This document shows positions 45,190-55,657 of a stretch of DNA of 64,000 bases, piece by piece. The stretch lies in NCBI GenBank assembly GCA_030153785.1, contig JASKLF010000009.1:1-64000 (forward strand). Reading direction: 5' to 3'. The notes beneath the pieces are model-generated. The model did not search any database. It saw nothing but the letters and a program-made list of their open reading frames with translations, and had not been told where the DNA came from. Each line of letters starts with the position of its first letter. The first letter of the stretch is position 1. A program made the translations under genes and the position numbers. The DNA comes from a bacterium (GTDB lineage Bacteria > Synergistota > GBS-1).

Positions 45190-45218
45190 ATTATAGCATC
45201 TTAACTAAGGTTAGGCAA
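45190..45218 (-). promoter_or_regulatory. sigma70 promoter of the B12 operon
   Basis: TTGCCT-17 nt-TATAAT with a TG extension, just upstream of the riboswitch. Confidence 0.7.
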
Positions 45219-45221
45219 TAA

Positions 45222-46616
45222 TCAAGAAATCCCCCTTTCCTTATCCGTTCCAGGAATAATATTATCTAATATTAACCCTATGAGAGCTGCGACTGCCATT
45301 TCTGTAGAAAGAATAGCATTTAAAGCATTCGCTAACCATGGAGCCCATTCAATAACAATAGGCTTCGGGGGGTACAGTCCGGGAACTCCTTTTATGTAGG
45401 CGGGCAAGCTTAGAGCCATAAAAAGAGTGAATCCAACCACCAAAAGGTTCCTTCCGGAGTGCATGTCTGCTTTCGTAAGTTGCTGAACACCAATAGCTGA
45501 TATCATACCAAAAACCGTACAATACATCGCTCCCACCACGGGTTCTGGTATTGTGGCAATACATGCTCCAAATTTATTAAAAACACCAAGGAGAATTAAA
45601 ATTACGCCTCCCACCGCAACCACATATCTTGATGCTACTCGTGTTAAACCTATTAACCCTATATTTTCGGAGTAACTTGTGGTAGCAAATCCTCCCCATA
45701 TTCCCGCTAACAGACATCCAATCCCTTCAATTGCTATCCCCTTGTTTATAATTTTGGAAGTAGGCTCAGGAGCTTTTGACATATAGGAACAAGAAAAGTA
45801 GTCTCCAAAGGATTCAATCATCGATGCCAGATATCCTGCAAGAATGGTTAAAAAGAAAGCAATGTCAAATTTTGGCATACCCCAAGGAAAGGTAAGCTTA
45901 TCAATGGGTCTTATCCATGGAGAGTGAGCTATTAAAGAAAAATTTATATAGGAAGGATGACCTTCCTCGAAAACTCCCAGCAAAGTACCAATAGCACAGA
46001 AAGAGTAACCTACAATAATAGCTAGAAGCACTGGAAAAAGCTTAAATGCCTTATATTTAGGGCTCAAAATTTGAGAAAAAATAAAAATAGAAATAATAAC
46101 TATTAAAGCCGTAGGCCAATGAGTGCCAGCCTTAGGTGCTCCCACTCCGAAAAGCGACAGCCCTATCATTATTATTACAGGCCCAATAACCACAGGACTA
46201 ACCCATTTCCTCAACTTCCCTATAAGGCCACTCCAACCTATAATTATCTCTACTATACTTCCGCTCATGATAGCTCCAGTTACATACTGCATACTGACTA
46301 TACCTCCACCCGTTTGCTTTATTATAGAAAGTATAGGACCAATAAAAGAAAAAGACATGCTCTGAACTATAGGAAGTCTGGTTCCAAAGGTAACCTGAAG
46401 CAGTGTGGCAACCCCAGCTGTAACCATAACTGCGCCAATCAGGATGGCCATTTGGTTAGGAGAAAATCCCATTGCCCCTCCTAAGATGAGTGGAACAGCG
46501 ACAGTAGCTCCGAATAAAGTCAGAACATGCTGAAAACCAAGTAAAATACTTTCATACAAAGGTGGAGCTTCATCAACGTAATAAATCATCCCTTCCCTTT
46601 CTGATCTTTCTGTCAT
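45222..46616 (-). CDS. NCS2 family nucleobase:cation symporter (xanthine/uracil permease)
   Basis: GFQHVL, ES.GD, TSYSENIG...LTRVASR signature. Confidence 0.93.
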   Translation of the reverse strand: MTERSEREGMIYYVDEAPPLYESILLGFQHVLTLFGATVAVPLILGGAMGFSPNQMAILIGAVMVTAGVATLLQVTFGTRLPIVQSMSFSFIGPILSIIKQTGGGIVSMQYVTGAIMSGSIVEIIIGWSGLIGKLRKWVSPVVIGPVIIMIGLSLFGVGAPKAGTHWPTALIVIISIFIFSQILSPKYKAFKLFPVLLAIIVGYSFCAIGTLLGVFEEGHPSYINFSLIAHSPWIRPIDKLTFPWGMPKFDIAFFLTILAGYLASMIESFGDYFSCSYMSKAPEPTSKIINKGIAIEGIGCLLAGIWGGFATTSYSENIGLIGLTRVASRYVVAVGGVILILLGVFNKFGACIATIPEPVVGAMYCTVFGMISAIGVQQLTKADMHSGRNLLVVGFTLFMALSLPAYIKGVPGLYPPKPIVIEWAPWLANALNAILSTEMAVAALIGLILDNIIPGTDKERGIS

Positions 46617-46864
46617 TGTTCACTCCTCCTTTCAATATCAATCAACAATATATCTTTTCCCTCAACTTCAAGCGTTAAAACTAAACAGGAACAAGTCTCC
46701 CTACCATCGATCACAACTGCGCATCTACCACATTCACCTACCCCGCACCAGTGCCAGCTGTGACATATTATGCCTAACCTAAATAGAGTTTCAAGTAAAG
46801 TTTCACTATATTTAACCTCTGTTTCAATCGTTTCTTTGTTAATTTTAAGCCTCACTACACGCAT
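46613..46864 (-). CDS. Short 2Fe-2S protein: N-terminal half of a CoxS/XdhC-type small subunit
   Basis: CGVGECGRC.V..DG...SC motif; ends at 83 aa without the second Fe-S domain. Confidence 0.75.
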   Translation of the reverse strand: MRVVRLKINKETIETEVKYSETLLETLFRLGIICHSWHWCGVGECGRCAVVIDGRETCSCLVLTLEVEGKDILLIDIERRSEQ

Positions 46865-47639
46865 TTTGAAATTTTATCTCTTCTAAAACTTTCTCAACGA
46901 GAAGGCATATTTCTGGTTCTTCAATTCCCTTTTTATTAAGGTATTCTTCCAGTCCTTCCTCCGAGTCCAATAGGGTTAACCCTGACCCAGTATCTCCAAA
47001 AACTATGCGTTTTTCTTCTTCAGTAATCATATAAGCGATTCCAAAATCTGCACGTGTCACACAAAATTTTCGAGGAATTCTATAATATTTTCCACGATAT
47101 TCCCCCTTGTAAGGAACGAAAACCCTGGTAACAATTTCACCTCTTTCGAGGACAACTCTTCCATAATTCTCAACTATATCTTTAATCTTGACTTTTCTAA
47201 TACCCTTCAACGATTGGACCTCGATTTCAGCATCGTGAAGAAGAAGACAAAAAAGGGTGTCTGCTACAGGGAAGCCTGTACAAAAATTACCTATAAATGT
47301 AGCTTTGTTTCTTACCAGATAGTTTGCTACGGAGAAAGAACACTCGTATATAAGAGGAAAAAGTTTCCTAACGATCGGAGATTCTATTAATTCGTTTAGC
47401 GTGTTCGTGGCACCTATGACTAACATGTCCTCCCCAAAAGAAAAGAACCATAATTCTTCTATTCTTTTCAAGTCTAAAACAAGTTTAGGGCTAAGTATCC
47501 CCTTCTTAATCCTTACGAATAGATCTGTCCCCCCTGCAAAAACCACAGCACCTTCTTCTTCGGAAAGAAGGGAAAAGAGTCGTTCTAAACTTTTGGGAGC
47601 AATATACTCAAACTCATTTTGAAAAAACAGCACCTGCAT
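46845..47639 (-). CDS. CoxM/XdhB-like FAD-binding subunit (divergent C-terminus)
   Basis: FEY.AP, AGGTDL, IGA..TL, VRNKAT..GN...P.AD. Confidence 0.85.
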   Translation of the reverse strand: MQVLFFQNEFEYIAPKSLERLFSLLSEEEGAVVFAGGTDLFVRIKKGILSPKLVLDLKRIEELWFFSFGEDMLVIGATNTLNELIESPIVRKLFPLIYECSFSVANYLVRNKATFIGNFCTGFPVADTLFCLLLHDAEIEVQSLKGIRKVKIKDIVENYGRVVLERGEIVTRVFVPYKGEYRGKYYRIPRKFCVTRADFGIAYMITEEEKRIVFGDTGSGLTLLDSEEGLEEYLNKKGIEEPEICLLVEKVLEEIKFQNACSEA

Positions 47640-48396
47640 ACACCTCTGTGGGAAATCCTACTCTCCATAACCACAAACCCTGTGGAGGTAAAGCAGCTGA
47701 ACATAAAGTTCTATCACCCGAAGATAAAGCCTTTATAAATAATTCTTTCTCTCTCTTACCAGAAGCTATATCTATCAAAGTAGCTAGCATTACTCTAACC
47801 ATGTGTCTCAAAAAAGAATTAGCCCTAATAGTAAACACAAACAAATTTCCCTTTTTCTCAAAGCTACACCTATAGATGGTTCTAATCTTGCTTTTCGTCT
47901 TTTCTTCTCCATCACAGAAAGCTGAAAAGTCGTGAGTTCCGATTAAAACATCGGTCAGGTCTGTAATAATAGAAACATCTATCTTCCTTTTAAGATGGTA
48001 ACAATACCTATGAAGGAAAGGAGGCAAAACTTCACCGCTATAAATGAAATATTTGTACTCTCTCCATATAGCATGTTTTCTTGCGTTAAAAGCAGGATTA
48101 ACTCCAGTTATAACCTTTAAAACCCTTATCTCTGGAGGAAGAAGAGAATTTAAAGACTTTTTCAAAAACGAAGCGCCGAAAACACATGGGGAATAAAAAT
48201 TAGCATACTGCCTTAAAGCATGCACCCCTCTATCCGTCCTACCGGCACCAATTACCCTAATCTTATCATTGAATAAGATTGACAAAACCCGCTCCACTTC
48301 CCCTTGAACAGTCGGAAAATCAGGTTGTTTCTGCCAACCATAAAAGGAACTTCCATCATAGGACAATATCAAAAGATTATTCAAAACCATCCCCAC
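47614..48396 (-). CDS. truA: tRNA pseudouridine(38-40) synthase
   Basis: YDGS.F.GWQ.Q, AGRTDRGVHA, G.HDFSAF, FL.HMVR, PPQGL.L. Confidence 0.96.
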   Translation of the reverse strand: MGMVLNNLLILSYDGSSFYGWQKQPDFPTVQGEVERVLSILFNDKIRVIGAGRTDRGVHALRQYANFYSPCVFGASFLKKSLNSLLPPEIRVLKVITGVNPAFNARKHAIWREYKYFIYSGEVLPPFLHRYCYHLKRKIDVSIITDLTDVLIGTHDFSAFCDGEEKTKSKIRTIYRCSFEKKGNLFVFTIRANSFLRHMVRVMLATLIDIASGKREKELFIKALSSGDRTLCSAALPPQGLWLWRVGFPTEVYAGAVFSK

Positions 48397-49184
48397 ATTA
48401 CGTTCGCGACCAAAAAGAGAATTACTATAACCATTGCGATATAGTCTCGCGCCTCAAGTTTAAGCTTCTTAAGTCGAGTTCTCCCTTCTCCTCCTTTGTA
48501 GCATCGCGATTCCATAGCAATTGCCAGCTCTTCCGCCTTTCTAAAAACACCAATAAAGAGAGGAATTACAAGCGGAATATAGCTCCTTATCCTTTCTAGA
48601 AACCTCCCTGTGCCGAACTCTGCCCCTCGTGCCATTTGAGCTTTCATAATCCTTTCGGCTTCTTCAAACAAGGTTGGAATGAATCTCAAAGAAATGCTCA
48701 TGGTCATAGCTATTTCATGCGATGGAACTTTAAGGAACTTGAAAAACTTCAAAAGTTCCTCCATTCCGTCTGTTATAGAAACGGGCGAAGTAGTAAAAGT
48801 AAGAAGGTTAGTCAAAAATACAAGTAATACTAATCTTAAACCTATAAGTAATGCCATATTAACTCCTTCTTTAGTCACAGCGAGAAAACCTATCTTAAAC
48901 CACACAGTGCCAGGAGTAAAAAAAATTTGAAATAAAAAAGCAAAAAGCAATAAAAATAATATAGGTTTCAAGCCCTTTAACACAGCTTTGATGGGGATTT
49001 TTGATAAGTAGAAAAGAATACCTGTGAAAACCATATACGGCATTAAGTGCAATAAATTTTTCGACACAAACAAAAAAACCAAAAGAAGCAAAACGGAAAC
49101 TATTTTAACTCGGGGGTCTATCCGATGAACTATTGAATCTACGGGTATAAAAGTTCCCATCCCAACGTTAGGAAAATAAGACAT
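48381..49184 (-). CDS. ecfT: ECF transporter transmembrane component T
   Basis: HRIDPR.K, LRFIPTL, AQMARG, AMESRCY. Start set at ATG 49184. Confidence 0.93.
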   Translation of the reverse strand: MSYFPNVGMGTFIPVDSIVHRIDPRVKIVSVLLLLVFLFVSKNLLHLMPYMVFTGILFYLSKIPIKAVLKGLKPILFLLLFAFLFQIFFTPGTVWFKIGFLAVTKEGVNMALLIGLRLVLLVFLTNLLTFTTSPVSITDGMEELLKFFKFLKVPSHEIAMTMSISLRFIPTLFEEAERIMKAQMARGAEFGTGRFLERIRSYIPLVIPLFIGVFRKAEELAIAMESRCYKGGEGRTRLKKLKLEARDYIAMVIVILFLVANVMWGWF

Positions 49185-49995
49185 TTCTAACGATTTCCTC
49201 CTCCAAATGGTCAAGCTCAAAAGTGTTCAGCTGGAAATTTAAACCTTTTTGTTCTAACAAGGAGATAAGCTCCGCCAGTGGAACATACTTTCGTAGTTCT
49301 TCGAAGTGTATTATATCCTTTACAGGACCAAAAGCCTTCATTTTTCCATTGTCCAAAAACATTATCTTGTCAACCAATCCCAGAAGCTCATCAAGCGTAT
49401 GAGTTACTACAATTAATGAGACTGTGCCGCGCAAGGACTTTAAAAACTTCACCAAGGCCTCTGTACCAGGATAATCCATACCTGCAAAAGGCTCATCAAA
49501 AACCAGATACTTGGGTTTTCTGACTAATATACTAGCTATAGCTACTTTCCTTTTCTCTCCACCGCTTAACTCGAAAGGAGATTTATCTAAAATCGCTTCA
49601 GGAAGCCCCACCACAGCTATCGCCTCTCTAACCCTTCTATCGACCTCTTCTTTTGAAAGGCGAAGATTTTTAGCACCAAATGCAATCTCCTCGTAAACCG
49701 TATCTTCAAAAAACTGATTCTCAGGATATTGAAAAACCACCCCCACAAGTTCCCTTATTTTAGAACCGTTTTTCCTTTCCCTTGTATTAAGACCATCTAT
49801 CAACACTTCTCCCTTCGTGGGAATTAAAAGGGCGTTTAAAAGCTGAATTAGAGTTGACTTTCCTGATCCCGTAGGACCTAGTATCCCCATGTTTTCTCCC
49901 ATTTCAAGGCTGAAAGAAATGTTTTCGAGTGCTTTCTTTTCAAAAGGCGTACCTATAGAGTAAAAAAAACTTACATTTTTGACTTCAATCGCCAT
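49168..49995 (-). CDS. ecfA2: ECF transporter ATPase A'
   Basis: GTPFEKKAL, GPTGSGKST, VFQYPE, SPFELSGGE. Confidence 0.92.
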   Translation of the reverse strand: MAIEVKNVSFFYSIGTPFEKKALENISFSLEMGENMGILGPTGSGKSTLIQLLNALLIPTKGEVLIDGLNTRERKNGSKIRELVGVVFQYPENQFFEDTVYEEIAFGAKNLRLSKEEVDRRVREAIAVVGLPEAILDKSPFELSGGEKRKVAIASILVRKPKYLVFDEPFAGMDYPGTEALVKFLKSLRGTVSLIVVTHTLDELLGLVDKIMFLDNGKMKAFGPVKDIIHFEELRKYVPLAELISLLEQKGLNFQLNTFELDHLEEEIVRNVLFS

Positions 49996-50795
49996 AGCTC
50001 CTCCGCTAATTCCTTAGGACTAAATATTGGAAAAGAAAGGTCAAGCCCTCGCTTTTTAAGCTTATAGCATAGATGAGTGATTATTGGAAGCTTAACACCA
50101 CATTCCCACACCCTTTCTGGATTCGAAAAAAACTCCCATGGCGTACCGTTAAAAAACAGGGTACCCTTAGATAAAGCTATTACTCGAGTAGCATAAAATA
50201 TCTCTTCTGGGTTATGGGTAGAATAAACTACAGTTATTTTCTCTTTGTCATAAAGAAATTTTATTATCTTATTAATATCCCTTCGCGAAGGCGGATCCAA
50301 CATCGATGTAGGTTCGTCGAGAACAAGATACCTAGGTTTCATTGCTAAAACACCAGCGATAGCTAATTTCTGTTTCTGCCCTCCGGACAGAGCATAGGTA
50401 GGAGAAGATCGAAAGGGTTCTAACTTCAGCACTTTCAAAACTTGTTCCACTCTCTCCCTTATTTCCTCAGGTGCTAAACCAAGGTTCTCAGGACCAAAAG
50501 CAATATCATCTTCTACTATTGAAGCTACTATCTGGGTGTCCGGGTTTTGGAAGACCACCCCTACGCGTCTCCTTATCTCCCATACATTTCCTTCATCTCG
50601 AGTATCCATACCATCTATTAGAACCCGTCCTTTAGTAGGAACAAGAAGCCCATTAAGGAGCTTTATAAGCGTGCTCTTACCAGAACCGTTAGCCCCAACT
50701 AGAGCTACCCACTCCCCATCGCCTATTTCCATATTTATGCCGTCAAATATTTCTCTATCACCATAACTAAAGCTCACATCAATAAGCTTTATCAT
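49971..50795 (-). CDS. ecfA1: ECF transporter ATPase A
   Basis: [40 protein letters not shown]. Confidence 0.92.
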   Translation of the reverse strand: MIKLIDVSFSYGDREIFDGINMEIGDGEWVALVGANGSGKSTLIKLLNGLLVPTKGRVLIDGMDTRDEGNVWEIRRRVGVVFQNPDTQIVASIVEDDIAFGPENLGLAPEEIRERVEQVLKVLKLEPFRSSPTYALSGGQKQKLAIAGVLAMKPRYLVLDEPTSMLDPPSRRDINKIIKFLYDKEKITVVYSTHNPEEIFYATRVIALSKGTLFFNGTPWEFFSNPERVWECGVKLPIITHLCYKLKKRGLDLSFPIFSPKELAEELWRLKSKM

Positions 50796-51145
50796 TTAAC
50801 CAATTCAATCAATGCCATAGAAGCTGCATCTCCAACTCTTTCTCCTATCTTTACGATACGAGTATAACCACCATTCCTATCTTTATATCTAGGAGCAATT
50901 TCATTAAAAAGCTTCCTTACTGCCTCTTTATGTGGCATAAAGGCTATCACCTGTCTTCTCATGTGAAGAGTACCCTCTTTCGCTTTAGTTATCAATTTTT
51001 CAACAACTCTTCCTAGTTCCTTTGCTTTTGCCTCTGTAGTTACAACCCTCTCATTCACTATCAGCGATATCGCAAGATTTTTTAATAGAGCTCTTCTATG
51101 ACTTGTAGTTCTACTAAGCTTCCTTCCCTTTTTACGATGACGCAT
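50792..51145 (-). CDS. rplQ: 50S ribosomal protein L17
   Basis: MRHRK..RKL.R...[10 protein letters not shown]. Confidence 0.98.
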   Translation of the reverse strand: MRHRKKGRKLSRTTSHRRALLKNLAISLIVNERVVTTEAKAKELGRVVEKLITKAKEGTLHMRRQVIAFMPHKEAVRKLFNEIAPRYKDRNGGYTRIVKIGERVGDAASMALIELVK

Positions 51146-51147
51146 AA

Positions 51148-52113
51148 TTACTCTCCTCCTTCCCCAGTATCGGATTTTTCCTCTTTAAGTTTTAACCCCA
51201 GTTTTTGAAGTTTTTCTCGAATTTCTACAAGCGATTTTTTGCCCAAATTTCTTATTTTAAGCAATTCCTCTGGAGTCTTCTGAACAAGTTCGCCAACAGT
51301 CTTAATCCCTGCTCTCAGCAAACAATTTTCAGACCTAACAGAAAGTTCTAATTCCTTTATAGGCAGTGAAAAGAGGGTATCCTCCCTTGCCTCCAAAGAT
51401 TCTATTCCTTTCTGAGCTGTGGCAGATGGAACAAGTTTTGTAAACTCAGAGAAGTATTCCACGAGTATGTTAGCTCCCTGAGACAATGCTTCCTCAGGAG
51501 AAGACCTACCATCAGTCCATATCTCTAATATCAGCCTCTCGCACTGGGTATACTGTTCATATCTGGTCTCCTCAACTTTATAAGCTACCTTCGTAACCGG
51601 GCTAAAAACGGCATCTATCAGAAGAAAATCGATAGGTAAATTAGGCTTTCTTTCCCTTTCGAGAGGTAGATAACCAATACCATTTTCTACATAAAGATCC
51701 ATTTTCAAGCTAGCTCCCTCATCAAGAGCCGCAATATGATGCTCAGGATTAATTATCTCTACATCGCTATCTGCTTCAATGTCTCCTGCTTTAACATCCC
51801 TTTCTCCTTGAACCTCCAACCTCAAGAGCTTAGGTTCCCTCGAATGTAATTTAAGCTTGATATTCTTAATGTTAAATAAAATTTCTATAACATCCTCCCT
51901 TACCCCCGGAATTGTAGAAAATTCATGAAAAACTCCTTCTATCCTTACAGCGGTTATGGCTGCTCCCGGTAAAGAGGAAAAAAGAACCCTTCTTAATGCA
52001 TTCCCTAAGGTATTACCAAAGCCCCTATTCAAAGGTTCTACTATAAATAAACCATACTTCGAATCCAAAACTCTTTTTTCTATATGCGGAGCAAGAAATT
52101 TCATCTTTCCCAA
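51148..52113 (-). CDS. rpoA: RNA polymerase alpha subunit
   Basis: [44 protein letters not shown]. Confidence 0.98.
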   Translation of the reverse strand: MGKMKFLAPHIEKRVLDSKYGLFIVEPLNRGFGNTLGNALRRVLFSSLPGAAITAVRIEGVFHEFSTIPGVREDVIEILFNIKNIKLKLHSREPKLLRLEVQGERDVKAGDIEADSDVEIINPEHHIAALDEGASLKMDLYVENGIGYLPLERERKPNLPIDFLLIDAVFSPVTKVAYKVEETRYEQYTQCERLILEIWTDGRSSPEEALSQGANILVEYFSEFTKLVPSATAQKGIESLEAREDTLFSLPIKELELSVRSENCLLRAGIKTVGELVQKTPEELLKIRNLGKKSLVEIREKLQKLGLKLKEEKSDTGEGGE

Positions 52114-52119
52114 AACCTC

Positions 52120-52755
52120 CTAACGGGAGTAGAACTCTACCACTAATTGTAAGTTAACTATCCTCGCAGTGTCTATTTGATCTATCTCTGGTAAGCTTAC
52201 AACCCTTCCTCTTAAGTTTTCAATATCCACTTCCAACCACGATGGTACAGATATAGTACTTTCGGAACTGGAGATATTTTTAAACATCTCCAATTCTTTA
52301 CTCTGCGGTCTGATCTCTATCACATCACCTGGGTCAACAAGATAAGAAGGTGTTGTCACCTTTTTTCCATTAACTAGAACATGCCCGTGATTTACTATTT
52401 GCCTAGCTGCTCTCCTGCTGGGTGCAAATCCAAGTCTAAAAACTACATTGTCTAGTCTCCTTTCAAGAAGTTTTAAGAAATTATCCCCCGTCATTCCAGC
52501 TTGCTTAGTTGCCATCTCAAAAAAGCGTTCAAACTGTTTTTCTCTCATTCCATATATCTTCCTTAACTTCTGCTTTTCCCTCAATCTTAAACCATATTCT
52601 GTCAACTTTCTCCTTCTTTCCCTGCCGTGCATTCCTGGAAAAAACGGTCTTCTGACCATTGGACATTTATCTGAAGAACACTTTTCCCCTTTCAAAAATA
52701 ATTTTACCCCTTCGGTCCTGCACAATCTGCATATAGGCCCTATATACTTGCTCAT
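52120..52755 (-). CDS. rpsD: 30S ribosomal protein S4
   Basis: [26 protein letters not shown]. Confidence 0.98.
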   Translation of the reverse strand: MSKYIGPICRLCRTEGVKLFLKGEKCSSDKCPMVRRPFFPGMHGRERRRKLTEYGLRLREKQKLRKIYGMREKQFERFFEMATKQAGMTGDNFLKLLERRLDNVVFRLGFAPSRRAARQIVNHGHVLVNGKKVTTPSYLVDPGDVIEIRPQSKELEMFKNISSSESTISVPSWLEVDIENLRGRVVSLPEIDQIDTARIVNLQLVVEFYSR

Positions 52756-52785
52756 CGAGAGTATAGCCTCCTTTCTTTTGAAAAA

Positions 52786-53184
52786 TTAGACTCTGCGCCT
52801 CGATGGAGGACGACATCCATCATGTGGAATAGGAGTAACATCCTTTATAGATTTGATTTCCAAACCTGCAGCTTGCAAAGATCTTATAGCAGCTTCCCTA
52901 CCCGCTCCAGGACCCTTAACATAGACGTCTACTTCCTTCATTCCATACTGATCCATCGCTTTTTTAGCTGCTTGAGTGGCAGCTAACTGTGCCGCATAGG
53001 GAGTAGATTTTCTAGTTCCCTTATATCCAACTGTGCCCCCACTTGCCCAGCATAAGACGTTCCCTTCTTTATCTGTTATAGCTATAATCGTGTTGTTAAA
53101 GGTAGCTTTTATATGAGCAACCCCTGAAGTTACGGTTTTCTTTTCTTTTCTCTTTCTCTTAGAACGTACTTTGCTTTTTGCCAT
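52786..53184 (-). CDS. rpsK: 30S ribosomal protein S11
   Basis: [26 protein letters not shown]. Confidence 0.98.
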   Translation of the reverse strand: MAKSKVRSKRKRKEKKTVTSGVAHIKATFNNTIIAITDKEGNVLCWASGGTVGYKGTRKSTPYAAQLAATQAAKKAMDQYGMKEVDVYVKGPGAGREAAIRSLQAAGLEIKSIKDVTPIPHDGCRPPSRRRV

Positions 53185-53212
53185 TATCCGTTAACCTCCC
53201 CTTTATATAAAG

Positions 53213-53584
53213 TTATTTTCCTTTCCTTGCACCTACTGTACGCCTGGGTCCTTTCCTTGTCCTCGCATTGCTCCTTGTTCTTTGACCCCTTACAGGTAAT
53301 CCCAGCTTATGCCTAATTCCTCTATAACATCCTATTTCGATTAACCTTTTTATATTCATTGCAACCTCTCTTCTCAGTTCTCCTTCAACTTTATAGTTTT
53401 TTTCAATGTAATCTCTTATCTTAGCTATTTCCTCCTCCGTAAGGTCTTTTACCCTTTTATTTGGATCAATACCAGTATTCTTCAAAATCTCTTTTGACCT
53501 TGATAAGCCTATACCATAAATATAAGTCAATGCTATTTCCACCCTCTTATCGCGAGGAAGATCTACACCCGCTATTCTCGCCAT
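53213..53584 (-). CDS. rpsM: 30S ribosomal protein S13
   Basis: [27 protein letters not shown]. Confidence 0.98.
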   Translation of the reverse strand: MARIAGVDLPRDKRVEIALTYIYGIGLSRSKEILKNTGIDPNKRVKDLTEEEIAKIRDYIEKNYKVEGELRREVAMNIKRLIEIGCYRGIRHKLGLPVRGQRTRSNARTRKGPRRTVGARKGK

Positions 53585-53604
53585 ATCTCATTCCTCCTTT
53601 ACAT

Positions 53605-53718
53605 TCAACCTTGTTTTTGTTTATGGCGAGGATTTGAACATATAACCCTCACACGTCCTTTTCGTCTAATTACTTTGCATTTCTCACATCTCGGTTTTAC
53701 AGAAGCCCTTACTTTCAA
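53605..53718 (-). CDS. rpmJ: 50S ribosomal protein L36 (not in ORF track)
   Basis: Manual translation from [48 protein letters not shown] upstream; zinc-binding form. Confidence 0.97.
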   Translation of the reverse strand: MKVRASVKPRCEKCKVIRRKGRVRVICSNPRHKQKQG

Positions 53719-53731
53719 TAAAAACACCTCC

Positions 53732-53950
53732 TCATTTGTATCGATATACAATTCTTCCCCGTTTTATGTCATATGGAGAAATTTGAACCAAAACTTTGTC
53801 TCCCGGCAATATTCTTATGAAATTCATTCTCATTTTTCCAGAAACATGAGCCAAAACCTCATGACCATTTTCAAGCTTCACTCTAAACATAGCGTTAGGC
53901 AAAGGCTCAATGACCTTACCCACAACTTCAATCACATTATCTTTTGGCAT
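53732..53950 (-). CDS. infA: Translation initiation factor IF-1
   Basis: [32 protein letters not shown]. Confidence 0.97.
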   Translation of the reverse strand: MPKDNVIEVVGKVIEPLPNAMFRVKLENGHEVLAHVSGKMRMNFIRILPGDKVLVQISPYDIKRGRIVYRYK

Positions 53951-53957
53951 AAAATAT

Positions 53958-54215
53958 TTATACACCTCCCTCTTTCTTAGTCAATCTCCTCAAACCACTT
54001 CTCACTTCAGAATTGGAGGGAATTTCACCACGTAAGAGCATATTCCTTATATCTTCTAAAAATTGATTAGTAAATTGAACATGAATTATATTTTTCTTCT
54101 TCGGCCTCTCGATCGACCTTTTTTCTCCATCACACAAAACAAGTCTATCGCCTTCGAGATCAACTCCTACTATAACAAAATACCTTCCCTTATCTTTACC
54201 TGCTTTAGATATCAC
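53958..54215 (-). CDS. KOW-domain RNA-binding protein (L14e-like) between map and infA
   Basis: [11 protein letters not shown]...PKKKN..H; the true start is probably upstream. Confidence 0.85.
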   Translation of the reverse strand: MISKAGKDKGRYFVIVGVDLEGDRLVLCDGEKRSIERPKKKNIIHVQFTNQFLEDIRNMLLRGEIPSNSEVRSGLRRLTKKEGGV

Positions 54216-54235
54216 AACTCTTCCAAGTAAATCTC

Positions 54236-54982
54236 TTAGATCGAGGTTAATACTAAAGCATCCTCCCTTCGAACAAGAATCGTATGCTCAAAGTGAGCAG
54301 AAAGGCTCCCATCTTTGGTTACCACCGTCCATCCGTCTAAAAGAACCTCCACTTCATAACTCCCAGCATTAACCATTGGTTCTATAGCTAAAACCATCCC
54401 TTCTTCCAAAACAGGACCTTTACCTCTCTTACCAAAGTTAGGGATCTGCGGAAATTCGTGCAACTCCTTGCCAATGCCATGTCCCGCATAGTCCCTAACA
54501 ACAGAAAAACCCTGCGATTCAACATATTCCTGAACAACACTTCCTATATCACCAATGGTTACTCCCGCTCTTACGGTACTCACTGCTAAATCTAATGCCT
54601 TTTTTGTAACATCTATAAGCTTCTCAGCTTCCTTACTCACCCTACCAACGGGAAAAGTCCAAGCCCCATCTCCGTAATAACCCTTGTATCTCACACCCAC
54701 GTCTATGCTTACAATATCCCCTTCCCTTAGAATTTTAGTCTGCAAAGGTAAACCATGAACAACCTCGTTATTAACAGATACACATAACGTAGCTGGGTAT
54801 CCTCTATATCCCTTAAAAGCTGGAAATCCTCCCCTGCTTAATATATACCTTTCCGCTATCTTATCCAGATACAAAGCGCTTACGCCAGGCTTGATGTAAT
54901 TTTTTAGCTTAAAAAGCGTTTCAGCAACTATCTTACATGCCGAAGATATAAGATCTAACTCCTTTTGAGAACTAATTACCAA
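54236..54982 (-). CDS. map: Methionine aminopeptidase type I
   Basis: CVSVN.EVVHG, DIVSIDVG, GHGIG..LHE, AIEPM, SAHFEHT. Start estimated at TTG 54982. Confidence 0.96.
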   Translation of the reverse strand: MVISSQKELDLISSACKIVAETLFKLKNYIKPGVSALYLDKIAERYILSRGGFPAFKGYRGYPATLCVSVNNEVVHGLPLQTKILREGDIVSIDVGVRYKGYYGDGAWTFPVGRVSKEAEKLIDVTKKALDLAVSTVRAGVTIGDIGSVVQEYVESQGFSVVRDYAGHGIGKELHEFPQIPNFGKRGKGPVLEEGMVLAIEPMVNAGSYEVEVLLDGWTVVTKDGSLSAHFEHTILVRREDALVLTSI

Positions 54983-55619
54983 GCCCAAGACACCTCTTAA
55001 GCTCAGCATATACCTGTTCTAAGTGAGGTTCCGCATTTATTTCCACTAATAATCCTTTGTTTTTATAATACTCTATTAAAGGAGCCGTTTGTTCCTCATA
55101 AACTGCTATCCTTCTAAGAATCGTTTCCTCCTTGTCATCGTCTCTCTGGTAAAGACTACCTCCACAAAAATCACACACATTATTAACTTTAGGCGGGGAA
55201 TGTTTCAAGTGATATAAACTTCCACAATTAGAGCAGACCCGCCTATTTGTCAGCCTCTCAAGAACTGTTTCTTTGGAGACCTTTAAAAGAACTACTGCTG
55301 TAAGATTTTTTCCCATCTCCTCGAGGAGGGCATCTAATGCTTCAGCTTGGGGTATAGTTCTCGGAAAACCGTCAAGGATAAATCCGTCGTTTTTTATCTC
55401 CAAAAGCTTTTCCCTTATCATCTCTATTATGAGTCCATCAGGAACAAGAAGGCCATTATCCATATACTCTTTAGCCCTTTTACCTAATTCCGTTCCTTTA
55501 GAGACAGCTTCCCTCAGCATATCGCCAGTCGAGATATGAACGAGCCCATAATCCCTTTTAAGCATGGAAGCTATTGTGCCCTTACCAGCACCAGGCGAAC
55601 CTAAGAGAATAAGATTCAA
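54972..55619 (-). CDS. adk: Adenylate kinase (Zn-lid type)
   Basis: LGSPGAGKGT, HISTGDMLR, LDGFPRT, CxxC..CxxC lid, QRDDD. Start TTG 55619. Confidence 0.97.
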   Translation of the reverse strand: MNLILLGSPGAGKGTIASMLKRDYGLVHISTGDMLREAVSKGTELGKRAKEYMDNGLLVPDGLIIEMIREKLLEIKNDGFILDGFPRTIPQAEALDALLEEMGKNLTAVVLLKVSKETVLERLTNRRVCSNCGSLYHLKHSPPKVNNVCDFCGGSLYQRDDDKEETILRRIAVYEEQTAPLIEYYKNKGLLVEINAEPHLEQVYAELKRCLGLGN

Positions 55620-55657
55620 AGCTATCCCTCCCTTAAGCAATTTTAAAAGCGTGATTT

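Noticed and set aside
46613..46615. TGA of the short 2Fe-2S gene as selenocysteine or readthrough
   Set aside because: The TGA is part of an ATGA overlap with the NCS2 start, and the downstream sequence is fully used by the permease, leaving no room for a second Fe-S domain.
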